A stretch of 24,691 bases of DNA from a virus (lineage: Duplodnaviria > Caudoviricetes). Under the pieces are notes generated by a model. The model searched no databases. It saw only the letters and a list, made by a program, of their open reading frames with translations, and was not told the DNA's origin. The DNA lies in the IMG/VR virus record IMGVR_UViG_3300027533_000086, positions 1 through 24,691 of that record; one strand, written 5' to 3'. Position numbers and translations under genes: made by a program. Shown in pieces: positions 16,020-24,592 of the stretch (positions are counted from its first letter, which is position 1; every line of letters starts with the position of its first letter).

Positions 16020-17272
16020 GTAGATCACAAAGAGAAGAACGAGGAGGAGGATACGCCTCCGCACGCGACCGCGCAGAGAAAGCGGGGAGCGGATCGCGGG
16101 CGGGCTATATCAAACTCCCCAGTGGAGTCAAGCTCTTCAAACCCAAAGCCGGCATCGTGCTGCTAGACATTATGCCGTTCCGGGCGGGCGTGAATAATCC
16201 CTTCGCGGATGAAGGAATGAAGTATTACGAGCGGACGTTCTTTGTCCACCGCAACATCGGACCCAACGAAGAGATGATGCTCTGTCCCCGCAAGACGAGC
16301 GGCGGGCGGTGTCCCATCTGCGAGCGCAAGGCCGTCCTGGCCCGCAAGGATGACGATGATTCCGAGGCGTTGGCCAAGGAACTGGAGCCCAGGCAACGCC
16401 AGCTCTTTAATCTCATCAACCGCAAGGAGCCGGATGCGGGGATTCAGATTTGGGATATTAGCTATCATCTTTTCGGGGAGGAGCTAGACAAGTCCATCCG
16501 CGCTTCTGACGAGGACGACCGTTGGGATGCCTTCTTCCACTTGAAAGATGGCTTCACCCTCAAAGTCTCCATGGAGGACGATTCCTTCAGCGGCCACGCT
16601 TTCGTGCGGGCCGGCCGGATTGACTTCAAGAAGCGGGAGCCTTACGAAAGCGATATGCTAGAGCAGTCCCACTGCCTCGACGAGTTGCTGATTGAACTGC
16701 CCTACGACAAGCTGAAGAAGCTCTACCTGGGCGTCGACGACGATGAGAGCGAGGAAGAACCGCGCCACCGCCGGGAGCAAGAAGACGACGAAGCTCCGCG
16801 CAGCAAGAAGCGTCATGCGGAGGAAGAGGACGACCGGGGTCGGGAGCAAGAGGAGGACGAGGCACCCAAGCGCAAGCGGCCGGTAGACGAGGACGAGGAC
16901 AAGCCCAAGAAGAAGCCAGCTGCAGAGGACGACGATTGGGATGACTTCGATGAGGACAAGCCCAAGAAGAAGCCAGCTGCAGAGGAGGAAGAGGAGCCGC
17001 GCGGCAAGAAACGCCACACTGAGGACGAGGAGGAACCCAAGCACAAGCGACCCGCCGCTGAAGAGGAGGAGGAGACTCCCCGCCGTAAACGTCCCGTAGA
17101 CGAGGACGAAGACAAGCCCAAGAAGAAATCCGACGACGATGACGAATGGGATAAGTTCGATGAGGACAAGCCCAAGAAAAAACCCGCCGCCGAAGAGGAC
17201 GAGCCCGCACCCAAGCGCAAGCGTCCGGCTGCGGAGGAAGAGGACGAGCCCGCACCCAAGCGGCGCCGCTAG
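16016..17272 (+). CDS. gp32-like single-stranded DNA-binding protein with long charged repeat tail
   Basis: FVH...LCP...CPICE zinc motif and OB-like core; position before RecA; about 175-aa low-complexity tail. Confidence 0.75.
   Translation: MSRSQREERGGGYASARDRAEKAGSGSRAGYIKLPSGVKLFKPKAGIVLLDIMPFRAGVNNPFADEGMKYYERTFFVHRNIGPNEEMMLCPRKTSGGRCPICERKAVLARKDDDDSEALAKELEPRQRQLFNLINRKEPDAGIQIWDISYHLFGEELDKSIRASDEDDRWDAFFHLKDGFTLKVSMEDDSFSGHAFVRAGRIDFKKREPYESDMLEQSHCLDELLIELPYDKLKKLYLGVDDDESEEEPRHRREQEDDEAPRSKKRHAEEEDDRGREQEEDEAPKRKRPVDEDEDKPKKKPAAEDDDWDDFDEDKPKKKPAAEEEEEPRGKKRHTEDEEEPKHKRPAAEEEEETPRRKRPVDEDEDKPKKKSDDDDEWDKFDEDKPKKKPAAEEDEPAPKRKRPAAEEEDEPAPKRRR
16735..17269 (+). repeat. intragenic degenerate direct repeats encoding alternating acidic/basic blocks
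   Basis: DEDKPKKK x4, RKRPVDEDEDKPKKK x2, EEDEPAPKR x2. Confidence 0.85.
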
Positions 17273-17281
17273 GATATCTAT

Positions 17282-18383
17282 ATGGATACTAAAGCCGTGA
17301 TCAAAACATTGACAGCCAAGCGGCCGAAGATCCAGCTAGACCGGGAGAGTGCTCTCAGCAGTGGGAGCACTCTCCTCTGGGAGCACTCTCCTCAATTTAG
17401 CTTGCACCGACCACCCCGACTTCGCCTTCATGAAAGGAGGCTACTACTATCTGGTCGGGGATAGCATGTCGGGCAAGACGTGGACCAGCTTGACTTGCTT
17501 CGCGGAAGCGTGCCTGAACCCGGCGTTCAAAGATTACCTCCTTATCTTTGATGATGTCGAAGGCGGAGCCCAGATGGATGTCGAATACTATTTCGGCAAG
17601 GAGGTAGCCCGCCGGATGAAACCGGAACAGTCCACCACGATCGAGAGCTTTTACGCCACGCTGGCTAAGCTGGCGCGGGCAGGCAAGCCCTTTGTCTACG
17701 TGCTCGACTCCCAGGATGCACTGACCTCCAAAGCCGCGGCCAAGAAGGTGAGCAAGCAACGGCAAGCGGACGAGAAGGGCGAGGAGGCGGCCGGGTCCTA
17801 CGGGGATGGCAAGGCCAAGTATCACAGTGAAAATATTCGCCAGGTCCTTGCGGACTTGCGGGCTCTCAAAAGCATCCTCATCATCATCGGGCAGACACGC
17901 GACAACCTGGGCTTCGGGTTCGAAAAGAAAACCCGCAGCGGTGGCAAGGCATTGCGCTTCTATGCCCAGCTGGAGATTTGGACTTCCGTATTTAAGAAGA
18001 TTCAAAAGACCGTCCGCGGCCGGCCGCGCACTATAGGCGCCCGGTGCCTAGCAGAGGTGAAGAAGAACCGCGTCACTGGCAAGATAGGCAAGGACCGGCA
18101 AGTGGAGATTCCTATCTACTATGGAATGGGCATCGATGACGTGGGCAGCATTGTCGACTATCTAGTAGGGGAGGAGCACTGGTCCGCGAAGGAGGTTACC
18201 AAGGGGAACAAGACGACCAAACTGCTTCACGCGCCGGAACTGGAATTTAAAGGGAGCCGGGGCCAGCTCATTGCCCACATTGAGCAGGAGAAGCTCGAGT
18301 CTAAAATCCGCAAGCTCGCCGGAGAGGTGTGGGCCCAAATAGAATCGGAATGCGAGCCACGGAGGAAGAGACGTTATGAATAA
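17282..18383 (+). pseudogene. recA: RecA/UvsX-like recombinase, frameshifted by a 16-bp tandem duplication
   Basis: SSGSTLLNLA, Walker A GDSMSGKT, DVEGG, VLDS, IGQTRD, SGGKALRFYA, KKNR. TGGGAGCACTCTCCTC occurs at 17362-17377 and 17378-17393; removing one copy joins ATG 17282 to the main frame. Confidence 0.85.
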
Positions 18384-18936
18384 AAGGAGCGACTGGAACA
18401 GATACGCAGACAGTAAACTCGTGATCAAAAGGGGAAGGGGTGATCTTTATACCCCAGAGGAGATGTGGGTCACCTGGTCCCACCGGCTAGCCGGGAAGGG
18501 CTTCCAATTTATCAATGCCCGCATCCCACGCGGGACCCACGGCATCTCTGAACTTCCACGCAAGCTGATGGCCAACTACTATCCCGGACAAGCGGGGAGA
18601 CTGATACATTACATGCAAGCGCATGGATTCAACACGTTGAAATATCAACATTCCACTTGGACTGAAATCCAAATCACCCACGCGCGATATTATTTGAACT
18701 CCCTCGCTACTGGATGGAAGCCTCCGATCACATTAGCTGAGCTGGGCGTCCTGCACTTCCGCACCGAAGGCGCTGTCACGTTCCAACTCAAACTTATGAG
18801 TCAGAAGAGACCCACACTGACCGCTGGCCTGCCCATAGAAGTGGAGAAAGAAGAAGCGATCCCTACCCCCGTCGAAGTGCTGAAGATGAGGCTGGCTATT
18901 TGGAGCAAGATCATAAATGCGGTTAAAGAAATATGA
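18376..18936 (+). CDS. hypothetical protein
   Basis: Overlap-coupled ORF in the operon; no motif recognised. Confidence 0.65.
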   Translation: MNKRSDWNRYADSKLVIKRGRGDLYTPEEMWVTWSHRLAGKGFQFINARIPRGTHGISELPRKLMANYYPGQAGRLIHYMQAHGFNTLKYQHSTWTEIQITHARYYLNSLATGWKPPITLAELGVLHFRTEGAVTFQLKLMSQKRPTLTAGLPIEVEKEEAIPTPVEVLKMRLAIWSKIINAVKEI

Positions 18937-19130
18937 GTAATCCACATCAACCCATGTCCCTAGTCTTGCCTATACGGAAGGTAGTGCAAATCACTTCCAG
19001 CATTGACAGCCATGGAAAGTATTTCATTATGGCCCTCTGCAATGATGGGACGCTGTGGAAGCTGGGCGGGCTTTACGAAGGCAATCCAGAGTGGGAGCCG
19101 TTTCCTATTCCACCGTGGAGGGAGGAGTGA
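18933..19130 (+). CDS. hypothetical protein
   Basis: ATGA-coupled ORF with ALCNDGTLW...W...P. Confidence 0.65.
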   Translation: MSNPHQPMSLVLPIRKVVQITSSIDSHGKYFIMALCNDGTLWKLGGLYEGNPEWEPFPIPPWREE

Positions 19131-19131
19131 A

Positions 19132-19160
19132 TTGCAGCCTGTCCCAACCGGTGTTAACTT
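19132..19160 (+). promoter_or_regulatory. sigma70-type promoter, probably leaderless
   Basis: TTGCAG-N17-TAACTT with extended TG; ATG 6 nt after the -10 box. Confidence 0.5.
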
Positions 19161-19166
19161 GCCGGC

Positions 19167-19307
19167 ATGAACAATCCAAGTTCGATTCTAGCAGCGGTGG
19201 CCGGTTTGCTTGCGGTCCTTTCGTTCTTCAAGCCGCAATGGCCTTTGCTGTCCGTGGCAGTCCTACTCCTCGCGGTGGCCGTGTTTATCACTGCCGGAGG
19301 CAAGTAG
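19167..19307 (+). CDS. 46-aa two-TM membrane protein (not in ORF track)
   Basis: MNNPSSILAAVAGLLAVLSFFKPQWPLLSVAVLLLAVAVFITAGGK, translated by hand; fills the intergenic gap. Confidence 0.65.
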   Translation: MNNPSSILAAVAGLLAVLSFFKPQWPLLSVAVLLLAVAVFITAGGK

Positions 19308-19320
19308 ACAGGAGGGACCC

Positions 19321-19599
19321 GTGAAACCGGTAATGTTTGAAGGGGCCAACTCGACGTATGGCCCGCCGCCGGGCTTTGCTGAATCCCAAGTGGCTCCCAT
19401 CCCCGCCAGCCGCTATCAAGTGGTAGGCGGGCCTTGCGATGGGGTAGAGATGGTTGTAGTGGCTTGGCTGCCCGACGCGGAGGACTTGGCGCGGCTGAAC
19501 GCGGGCGGGCCCGTTTACCTTTCCTGCATCGGCGGACTGCCTCCACATCACCTGACCACCGTCCCACCGCCTCCCGACTACAATCCCACCTCAGAATGA
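19321..19599 (+). CDS. hypothetical phage protein
   Basis: GTG start with AGGAGG upstream; MKPVMFEGAN...W.P..EDLARLNAGGPVYL. Confidence 0.7.
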   Translation: MKPVMFEGANSTYGPPPGFAESQVAPIPASRYQVVGGPCDGVEMVVVAWLPDAEDLARLNAGGPVYLSCIGGLPPHHLTTVPPPPDYNPTSE

Positions 19600-20398
19600 A
19601 AAGTCTTATTCCTGAAAGCCAGATCCCCCGAACCGAGCACGCTAACGAAGTCTGGAAGCCGGAGGAGGACGACGCTTTGCTAGATGCTCACCTGGCCGGC
19701 GGCTCGCCCGGAGCCTTGGCTGCCGAGTTCAAGCGCAAGCCCAAGGCTATCGTCCGCCGCATTGACTATTACCGCGACAATGAACGGGACTGGGTGATTA
19801 ACTACAAGCCGGTGGAGCGGATCAGCCGGAAGGGGAAGCGGCTTACGACTAACGAGAAGTTAATCATCGCAGCGCACCGCAAGAAAAAGATCGCTCCGTA
19901 TCTGACGGCGCGGGTCCTCGCGCGGGACGTGAGCGAGATTGAAGACCACTCCGGACAAGTAGCGGAGGTAAAGAACCTGAACGTCCTGGCCCCCAAGCTC
20001 GACTTGATCTGGGCGTATCGATACATTCATCTCGTTTATAAGAAGCCGCTGATAAGCGACACCGTTTACAACGAACTAGTGGACGAGGAGATTGAATATG
20101 GCGGCGGGTTGCTATCCCCTTCGAAGCCATTAAAAAACATCAGGGCTGGCCGGAGCACATCAAATGCCTCGCGCTTTATCTCGTAGGCAAGCGGGACGCC
20201 CAGCTGGAAACTACGGGCAAGACTTACACGGTGGGCGAGAAGGAAGGACTCTACGCGGGGCCCTTCCCCACACTTAAGGAGGCCCGCGCCTGGGACGGCC
20301 AGAGCAGCGCCAGCCGCATTTACGAAAACAAGGGAAGCCATTCGCGGGCTATTGGCCGCTGGCTTGTGGACGAGCAACGCTGGGAGATGCGCGAGTGA
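19596..20398 (+). CDS. hypothetical protein with an NAD-ligase domain Ia-like segment, encoded across a -1 frame change
   Basis: Frame 0 stops at 20186. The -1 frame is open from 20096 to TGA 20398, which overlaps the next GTG. YKKPLISDTVYNEL resembles LigA Ia P-x-ISDxxYD-x-L. Confidence 0.55.
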
Positions 20399-21270
20399 GA
20401 CCCCCGTTGCTCGTCATCGACGTTCATTACTTGTGCCACCGGGCGTTCCACTCCAATCCCAAGGAACTAAGCTGGAAGGGGCGGGCGACGGGTGTGATCT
20501 TCGGATTCCTGAAATCCATCTCCTACCTCAAGGACGAGTTCGGAACCGACCAGGTGGCTTTCTGCTTCGAGCATCCGCACCTCTTCCGCCGTGATGTGTA
20601 TCCCGCTTACAAGCGGCGCCGGCACACCCACAAGAAGACGCCGGAGGAGATCAAGGACTACACGAGCCTCAAGACCCAGATCGCTGCTCTCCACCAAAAC
20701 TATTTGCCCCGGATCGGATTCAAGAACGTCTTTTGTTTCCGCGGGATGGAAAGCGACGACATCATGGCCGCACTGGCGCGGGACTGCCCGGACAATGAAG
20801 AGGCCATCCTCGTGACCGGGGATGCGGACTTGCTCCAGTGCCTCCGCCGCAACGTGCACATCTATTCTCCCATTGAGCGCAAGCTGTGGACGGAGGACAA
20901 GTTCGTCGGCAAGCTCGGAATCACTCCGCCCCAATGGGCCGTAGTGAAAGCGATTGCTGGCTGCAAGGGCGACGAGGTGGAAGGGATACGCGGGGTCGGG
21001 GACAAGAGCGCGATCAAATACATCAAGGGAGAGCTCCCGCAAAAGACTCTCCAATACCAAGCGATCACTTCCCCAGCAGGCAAGGCGACTGTGAGGCGGA
21101 ACCGTCCGCTCGTCCAACTGCCTTACTCCAGCTGCCCGCGCCCGGTGCTCCAGCCGGATTGTGTCACGCGGGAAGCGTGGCGGGAGGTTTGTGATTTGCT
21201 AGGAATGAAATCCATCGCTGGGCTTCCGCCCATTGCGACTAGAAAGTTGAACTATGAGCAAGGGAAGTAA
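20395..21270 (+). CDS. 5'-3' exonuclease / flap endonuclease (T4 RNase H / PolA 5'-nuclease-like)
   Basis: LLVID...HRAFH, RRDVYPAYK, ESDDIMA, TGDADLLQ, H3TH GIRGVGDKSA. Confidence 0.9.
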   Translation: MRPPLLVIDVHYLCHRAFHSNPKELSWKGRATGVIFGFLKSISYLKDEFGTDQVAFCFEHPHLFRRDVYPAYKRRRHTHKKTPEEIKDYTSLKTQIAALHQNYLPRIGFKNVFCFRGMESDDIMAALARDCPDNEEAILVTGDADLLQCLRRNVHIYSPIERKLWTEDKFVGKLGITPPQWAVVKAIAGCKGDEVEGIRGVGDKSAIKYIKGELPQKTLQYQAITSPAGKATVRRNRPLVQLPYSSCPRPVLQPDCVTREAWREVCDLLGMKSIAGLPPIATRKLNYEQGK

Positions 21271-21913
21271 CTTCGAACGGGAAATCTGCAAGTGCCTGTC
21301 AGTATGGTGGACGGGTGGCAAGCGCGACGATGTGTTTTGGCGCTCCAGCCAAAGCGGCGGACGGGCGACACAGAGGACAAAGAAGGGACAGAAAACGTTC
21401 GGATCATACGGGGACATTGCTGCCGTAGACCCGATCGGCCAGCCACTACTGAAAATGTTCTGCATCGAGCTGAAGCGGGGACGCTCGCACGGCTGCCCGG
21501 GCGACCTGCTGGATGCGATCCCGCCGGCAGGCAAGGCGCCCAGTCCGTTCGAAGCAACGTTGCGCCAGGCAATGCGCGGCAAGGAGGAGTCCGGTTCAAT
21601 GGGTTGGATGTTGATTTGCCGGCGCGACCGGCGGGTGCCGATGGTTTACTTGGACTGGAATACGGGTTTCCTGTTCCGAGACTGGTGGCAGGGCGGAGCC
21701 CGGGAGTTCTCCACGCTGCGGGTCCAGCTCTACCGTCCAGTTGCCCGACTCCGCTTTCTCGCTATTCCTCTCAGGACTTTCCTGAAGGTAGCGTCCCCAA
21801 GGGACATTGTAAACGCTTGCATCCGACACAAAGAGGAGGTCGTTGCGGTGAAGATGAATAAAGCCCGCAACGACCCCGGCTCCAGCCACTTCTCAGGTGC
21901 GCTGGAAAAATAA
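21254..21913 (+). CDS. Hjc-like PD-(D/E)xK Holliday junction resolvase
   Basis: KGSNFEREI, SGG, GDI, IELKRG. Confidence 0.75.
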   Translation: MSKGSNFEREICKCLSVWWTGGKRDDVFWRSSQSGGRATQRTKKGQKTFGSYGDIAAVDPIGQPLLKMFCIELKRGRSHGCPGDLLDAIPPAGKAPSPFEATLRQAMRGKEESGSMGWMLICRRDRRVPMVYLDWNTGFLFRDWWQGGAREFSTLRVQLYRPVARLRFLAIPLRTFLKVASPRDIVNACIRHKEEVVAVKMNKARNDPGSSHFSGALEK

Positions 21914-21914
21914 C

Positions 21915-22292
21915 TTAGAGAACAAAGTTGTCAAGCTCCCGCACGTCGCACTCGAACACTTCCCCGCCCGCCCGCTTTACTTGTGCTCGCAGCATACTCA
22001 CATTCACGTCCATCATTTCCACATGGGCGTCCCCGTGCTTCGCCGTAGCGTAGAACGGAAGCTTGCGTATGAAGTCCGCCCCATACTTGCGGATGAAGTA
22101 GGACAAGGGCTTCAGCGTCTCGCAGGGCATCTCCATCAGCTTAGCCTTGCAGCCCTCACAGATGCCGTGGCTCAACTTATAGCCCAGATCCCTCAAGTGC
22201 GGATAGTGTTTGTAAATGCTCTGTGCCGGGTGGCACCAAGCACAAACCCGTATCACGCGGGTGTCGTGGTCTATTAAGGTCGGTTCTTTCAT
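21915..22292 (-). CDS. hypothetical protein with CxxC...HGICxxC zinc motif
   Basis: VCAWC...LSHGICEGC; converges on the resolvase stop. Confidence 0.65.
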   Translation of the reverse strand: MKEPTLIDHDTRVIRVCAWCHPAQSIYKHYPHLRDLGYKLSHGICEGCKAKLMEMPCETLKPLSYFIRKYGADFIRKLPFYATAKHGDAHVEMMDVNVSMLRAQVKRAGGEVFECDVRELDNFVL

Positions 22293-22296
22293 AAAT

Positions 22297-22455
22297 TTAT
22301 TCTTCGGATACTTGATAGCCTATTTTCAACGCCCATTCCCGGACTGCTTTCTTAGTTCGGAAAGACGGGCCAGTCCAGCCTATGTTGTCGCTGAAGGCTA
22401 TCCACCGGCCCGGGAGGACGTGCTTCTTGATCTTAACCGTAATGACTCGTTTCAT
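22297..22455 (-). CDS. hypothetical small protein
   Basis: GGAGGAGG before ATG 22455; ATGA overlap with the upstream gene. Confidence 0.6.
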   Translation of the reverse strand: MKRVITVKIKKHVLPGRWIAFSDNIGWTGPSFRTKKAVREWALKIGYQVSEE

Positions 22456-22796
22456 CCCTCCTCCGAAATGAGGGTGACGGTGGTGGGCCACGTGATCCCG
22501 CGCTCGGACTTGAACTCGGACACGTCCTTCAGAGTTTTGAAGCGGCTGGCAGCGGCTTCCCGATTCGTGTGCTTGAATCCGGTGTCGCCCACAGCAACTA
22601 GATAACGTCCGGAGGAAACAGACCGGATGATGAATTTAGGAACTTTCATAAAGTTGGAATTCTTCTCGATACATTGCTTGCACTTGCCCTCGTGGGCGCG
22701 GGCGTATTGGCGGGTGGTCTTGGTCCCGCACTGGACGCAAGCGGCGAGGAGGACATTGTAGTTTGGCTTTGGCGTATGATCGTTGAATTTGGTCAT
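22452..22796 (-). CDS. hypothetical protein with CxxC...CxxC zinc finger
   Basis: CVQC...CKQC; GAGG before the ATG. Confidence 0.6.
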   Translation of the reverse strand: MTKFNDHTPKPNYNVLLAACVQCGTKTTRQYARAHEGKCKQCIEKNSNFMKVPKFIIRSVSSGRYLVAVGDTGFKHTNREAAASRFKTLKDVSEFKSERGITWPTTVTLISEEG

Positions 22797-22805
22797 AACA
22801 GACCC

Positions 22806-23057
22806 TCAAAACGGGCAATCATCTACGGGTGAGTGGGCTTGTGCGATCGCTTCGGACGCCCGAGCTTTTTCCCGGGTGGCGCGGCTGGAGGCGGAATGTC
22901 CCTCCGCCGTAGCGAACCCGCAGTCCTTCGCATACACTGCTTCTTCGTCCCGCGCTTGTGCGTCGAGCATGCAGGCCTCGGCTCCGAACGCTTCCGACAA
23001 GTAGTCGGCGCGGGCGTTTAACTGGTATTCCATTTCTTCGATTTCGTCTAAGTGCAT
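22806..23057 (-). CDS. hypothetical acidic protein
   Basis: Ends DDCPF; preceded by the GG-N10-GC motif at 23072-23085. Confidence 0.65.
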   Translation of the reverse strand: MHLDEIEEMEYQLNARADYLSEAFGAEACMLDAQARDEEAVYAKDCGFATAEGHSASSRATREKARASEAIAQAHSPVDDCPF

Positions 23058-23070
23058 ATGAGTAATTAAT

Positions 23071-23087
23071 AGCCGGTGTTATGCCCA
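23071..23087 (-). promoter_or_regulatory. sigma54-like GG-N10-GC motif
   Basis: Minus strand TG-GG-CATAACACCG-GC-T, 14 nt before ATG 23057; near copy of 789-805. Confidence 0.5.
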
Positions 23088-23285
23088 GGGGAGGTAAGCG
23101 GACCACAAAACACTTTCGTCGTCGGATAGCCACGCCCGGATTGTAACCTCGTCCGCGGACACTTCCCAGACTTCGCAGTTGCTGAGGGCTTGAAAGTAAT
23201 AAGCGGAGGCGGCGGCCAGTGCGGCGGCTGCGGCTTGGGCGATCCCCGCTTCGCGGGCTTCGTTTGTCATCGTTGTCGTCGTCAT
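23079..23285 (-). CDS. hypothetical protein (start uncertain)
   Basis: ORF in a co-oriented cluster; ends LPWA. Confidence 0.55.
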   Translation of the reverse strand: MTTTTMTNEAREAGIAQAAAAALAAASAYYFQALSNCEVWEVSADEVTIRAWLSDDESVLWSAYLPWA

Positions 23286-23324
23286 TGAAGTAAGAGTAAC
23301 AGGGTCCGGGGTGATGTTCAAGAA

Positions 23325-23468
23325 CTATTTCGCAAAATCGTTCAACACTTGTTCTTGGGCTTGGACTCCCGCCTTGCTAGCCTTCTGCACGGCATCGAAG
23401 CTCCAGCACAAGAACCAGCAAAGTCCGGCCACTGCCACTGCGATTACTATTAAGCTTTTAACTGTCAT
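23325..23468 (-). CDS. 47-aa single-TM protein
   Basis: MTVKSLIVIAVAVAGLCWFLCW...; ATG 13 nt after a sigma54-like motif. Confidence 0.6.
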   Translation of the reverse strand: MTVKSLIVIAVAVAGLCWFLCWSFDAVQKASKAGVQAQEQVLNDFAK

Positions 23469-23480
23469 GATAATATTATC

Positions 23481-23499
23481 AGCAAGTGCCAGGCCCGAT
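23481..23499 (-). promoter_or_regulatory. sigma54-type -24/-12 promoter
   Basis: Minus strand ATCG-GG-CCTGGCACTT-GC-T. Confidence 0.65.
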
Positions 23500-23516
23500 C
23501 GGGCGGGTTGGCTACT

Positions 23517-23553
23517 GTCCATCTTTGATCAACTGTCCTTGGACACTGGTCCA
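23517..23553. promoter_or_regulatory. second copy of the 37-bp TGGAC/GTCC upstream element
   Basis: Minus strand TGGACCAGTGTCCAAGGACAGTTGATCAAAGATGGAC versus TGGACCTCTGTCCTGGGCAACAGGTTCGGAGATGGAC at 1228-1264. Confidence 0.6.
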
Positions 23554-23569
23554 CAACTGATAATAAAGC

Positions 23570-24592
23570 GTGCAACTCACATCTCTACGGCTCGTGGACT
23601 TCCAAGCGCACAAGCGTCTAGCAGTCGACTTTGCTCCGGGCATTACCACTATCATTGGACCCACGGACCGCGGCAAAACGGCAATCCTCCGGGCCCTAGG
23701 CTGGGTGGGACAGAACGACATCGCGGGCGAGGAGTTTATCCGCGAGGGCGCAAAGGAGACTTGCGTCGAGCTTGTCATTACGGACGGGAAGCGGAGCCAC
23801 ACAATCGTCCGCACGAAAGGAAAAGCAAACACCTATTCCCTCGATGGGAAGGAGTTTGTTTCCTTCGGGCAAGGCGTCCCGCGGGACATCGCCCAACTGC
23901 TTCAGCTAAACGAAATCAACTTCCAATTGCAGCATGACGCACCGTTCTGGTTTTCCGAGACAGCTGGGGAAGTGTCGCGCAAACTCAACGCGGTTATTGA
24001 CCTTACAATCATTGATCTAGCCCTTTCCAATATTGGTGCGGCAGTCCGGCAGTGCACGGAGCGGAAGGCGACGACGGAGGAACGACTCCAGGAGGCTAGG
24101 ACGGAACTCGGGCGCCTGGACTCCCAGAAGGTGCGGGTGGCAGAATTTAATGAACTCAAGCGAAAGGAACAGGATGCAAAAGAAGCAGCGGGTAATTGTA
24201 GTCGACTGGAAGAACTCCTTGAGCGTATCCATTCCAATCAAGCGGCTCAGCTGCGAACCCGCTGGGCAGAACTTGCGGACGTCTTCGTCGATGCCAAGGA
24301 GGCCATGCGCCTCATTCGGGCGACCGCGTCCCTGGCGGACCTTATTGCGGGGATTATCGCGCACCAGCAGGCAGCTCAACCGCCTCCGGACTTTAGTGCC
24401 GTTGAACAAGCCTACAAGGACTGCCGGACCGCCCAGGATCGACGGAACGGGCTCGCTAGTTTGATTGACAGAGCTGAGAATTGGCAGGCAGTTGTTGGCA
24501 CCAGCGCAGATAAACTATTCAAGAAAGCGGAGGAGTTCGGCCGGAAAACGAAAGGTGAAAAATGTCCACTATGCGGGAACCAAATCCAATAG
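23570..24592 (+). CDS. sbcC: SbcC/Rad50-like ATPase, N-terminal half only (ends at the zinc hook)
   Basis: LRLVDFQAH, Walker A GPTDRGKT, Q-loop region QLQHD, coiled coil, terminal CPLCG; no ABC signature or Walker B. Confidence 0.8.
   Translation: MQLTSLRLVDFQAHKRLAVDFAPGITTIIGPTDRGKTAILRALGWVGQNDIAGEEFIREGAKETCVELVITDGKRSHTIVRTKGKANTYSLDGKEFVSFGQGVPRDIAQLLQLNEINFQLQHDAPFWFSETAGEVSRKLNAVIDLTIIDLALSNIGAAVRQCTERKATTEERLQEARTELGRLDSQKVRVAEFNELKRKEQDAKEAAGNCSRLEELLERIHSNQAAQLRTRWAELADVFVDAKEAMRLIRATASLADLIAGIIAHQQAAQPPPDFSAVEQAYKDCRTAQDRRNGLASLIDRAENWQAVVGTSADKLFKKAEEFGRKTKGEKCPLCGNQIQ

Noticed and set aside
16735-17269. CRISPR-like repeats
   Set aside because: Degenerate in-frame coding repeats without a constant repeat/spacer period.
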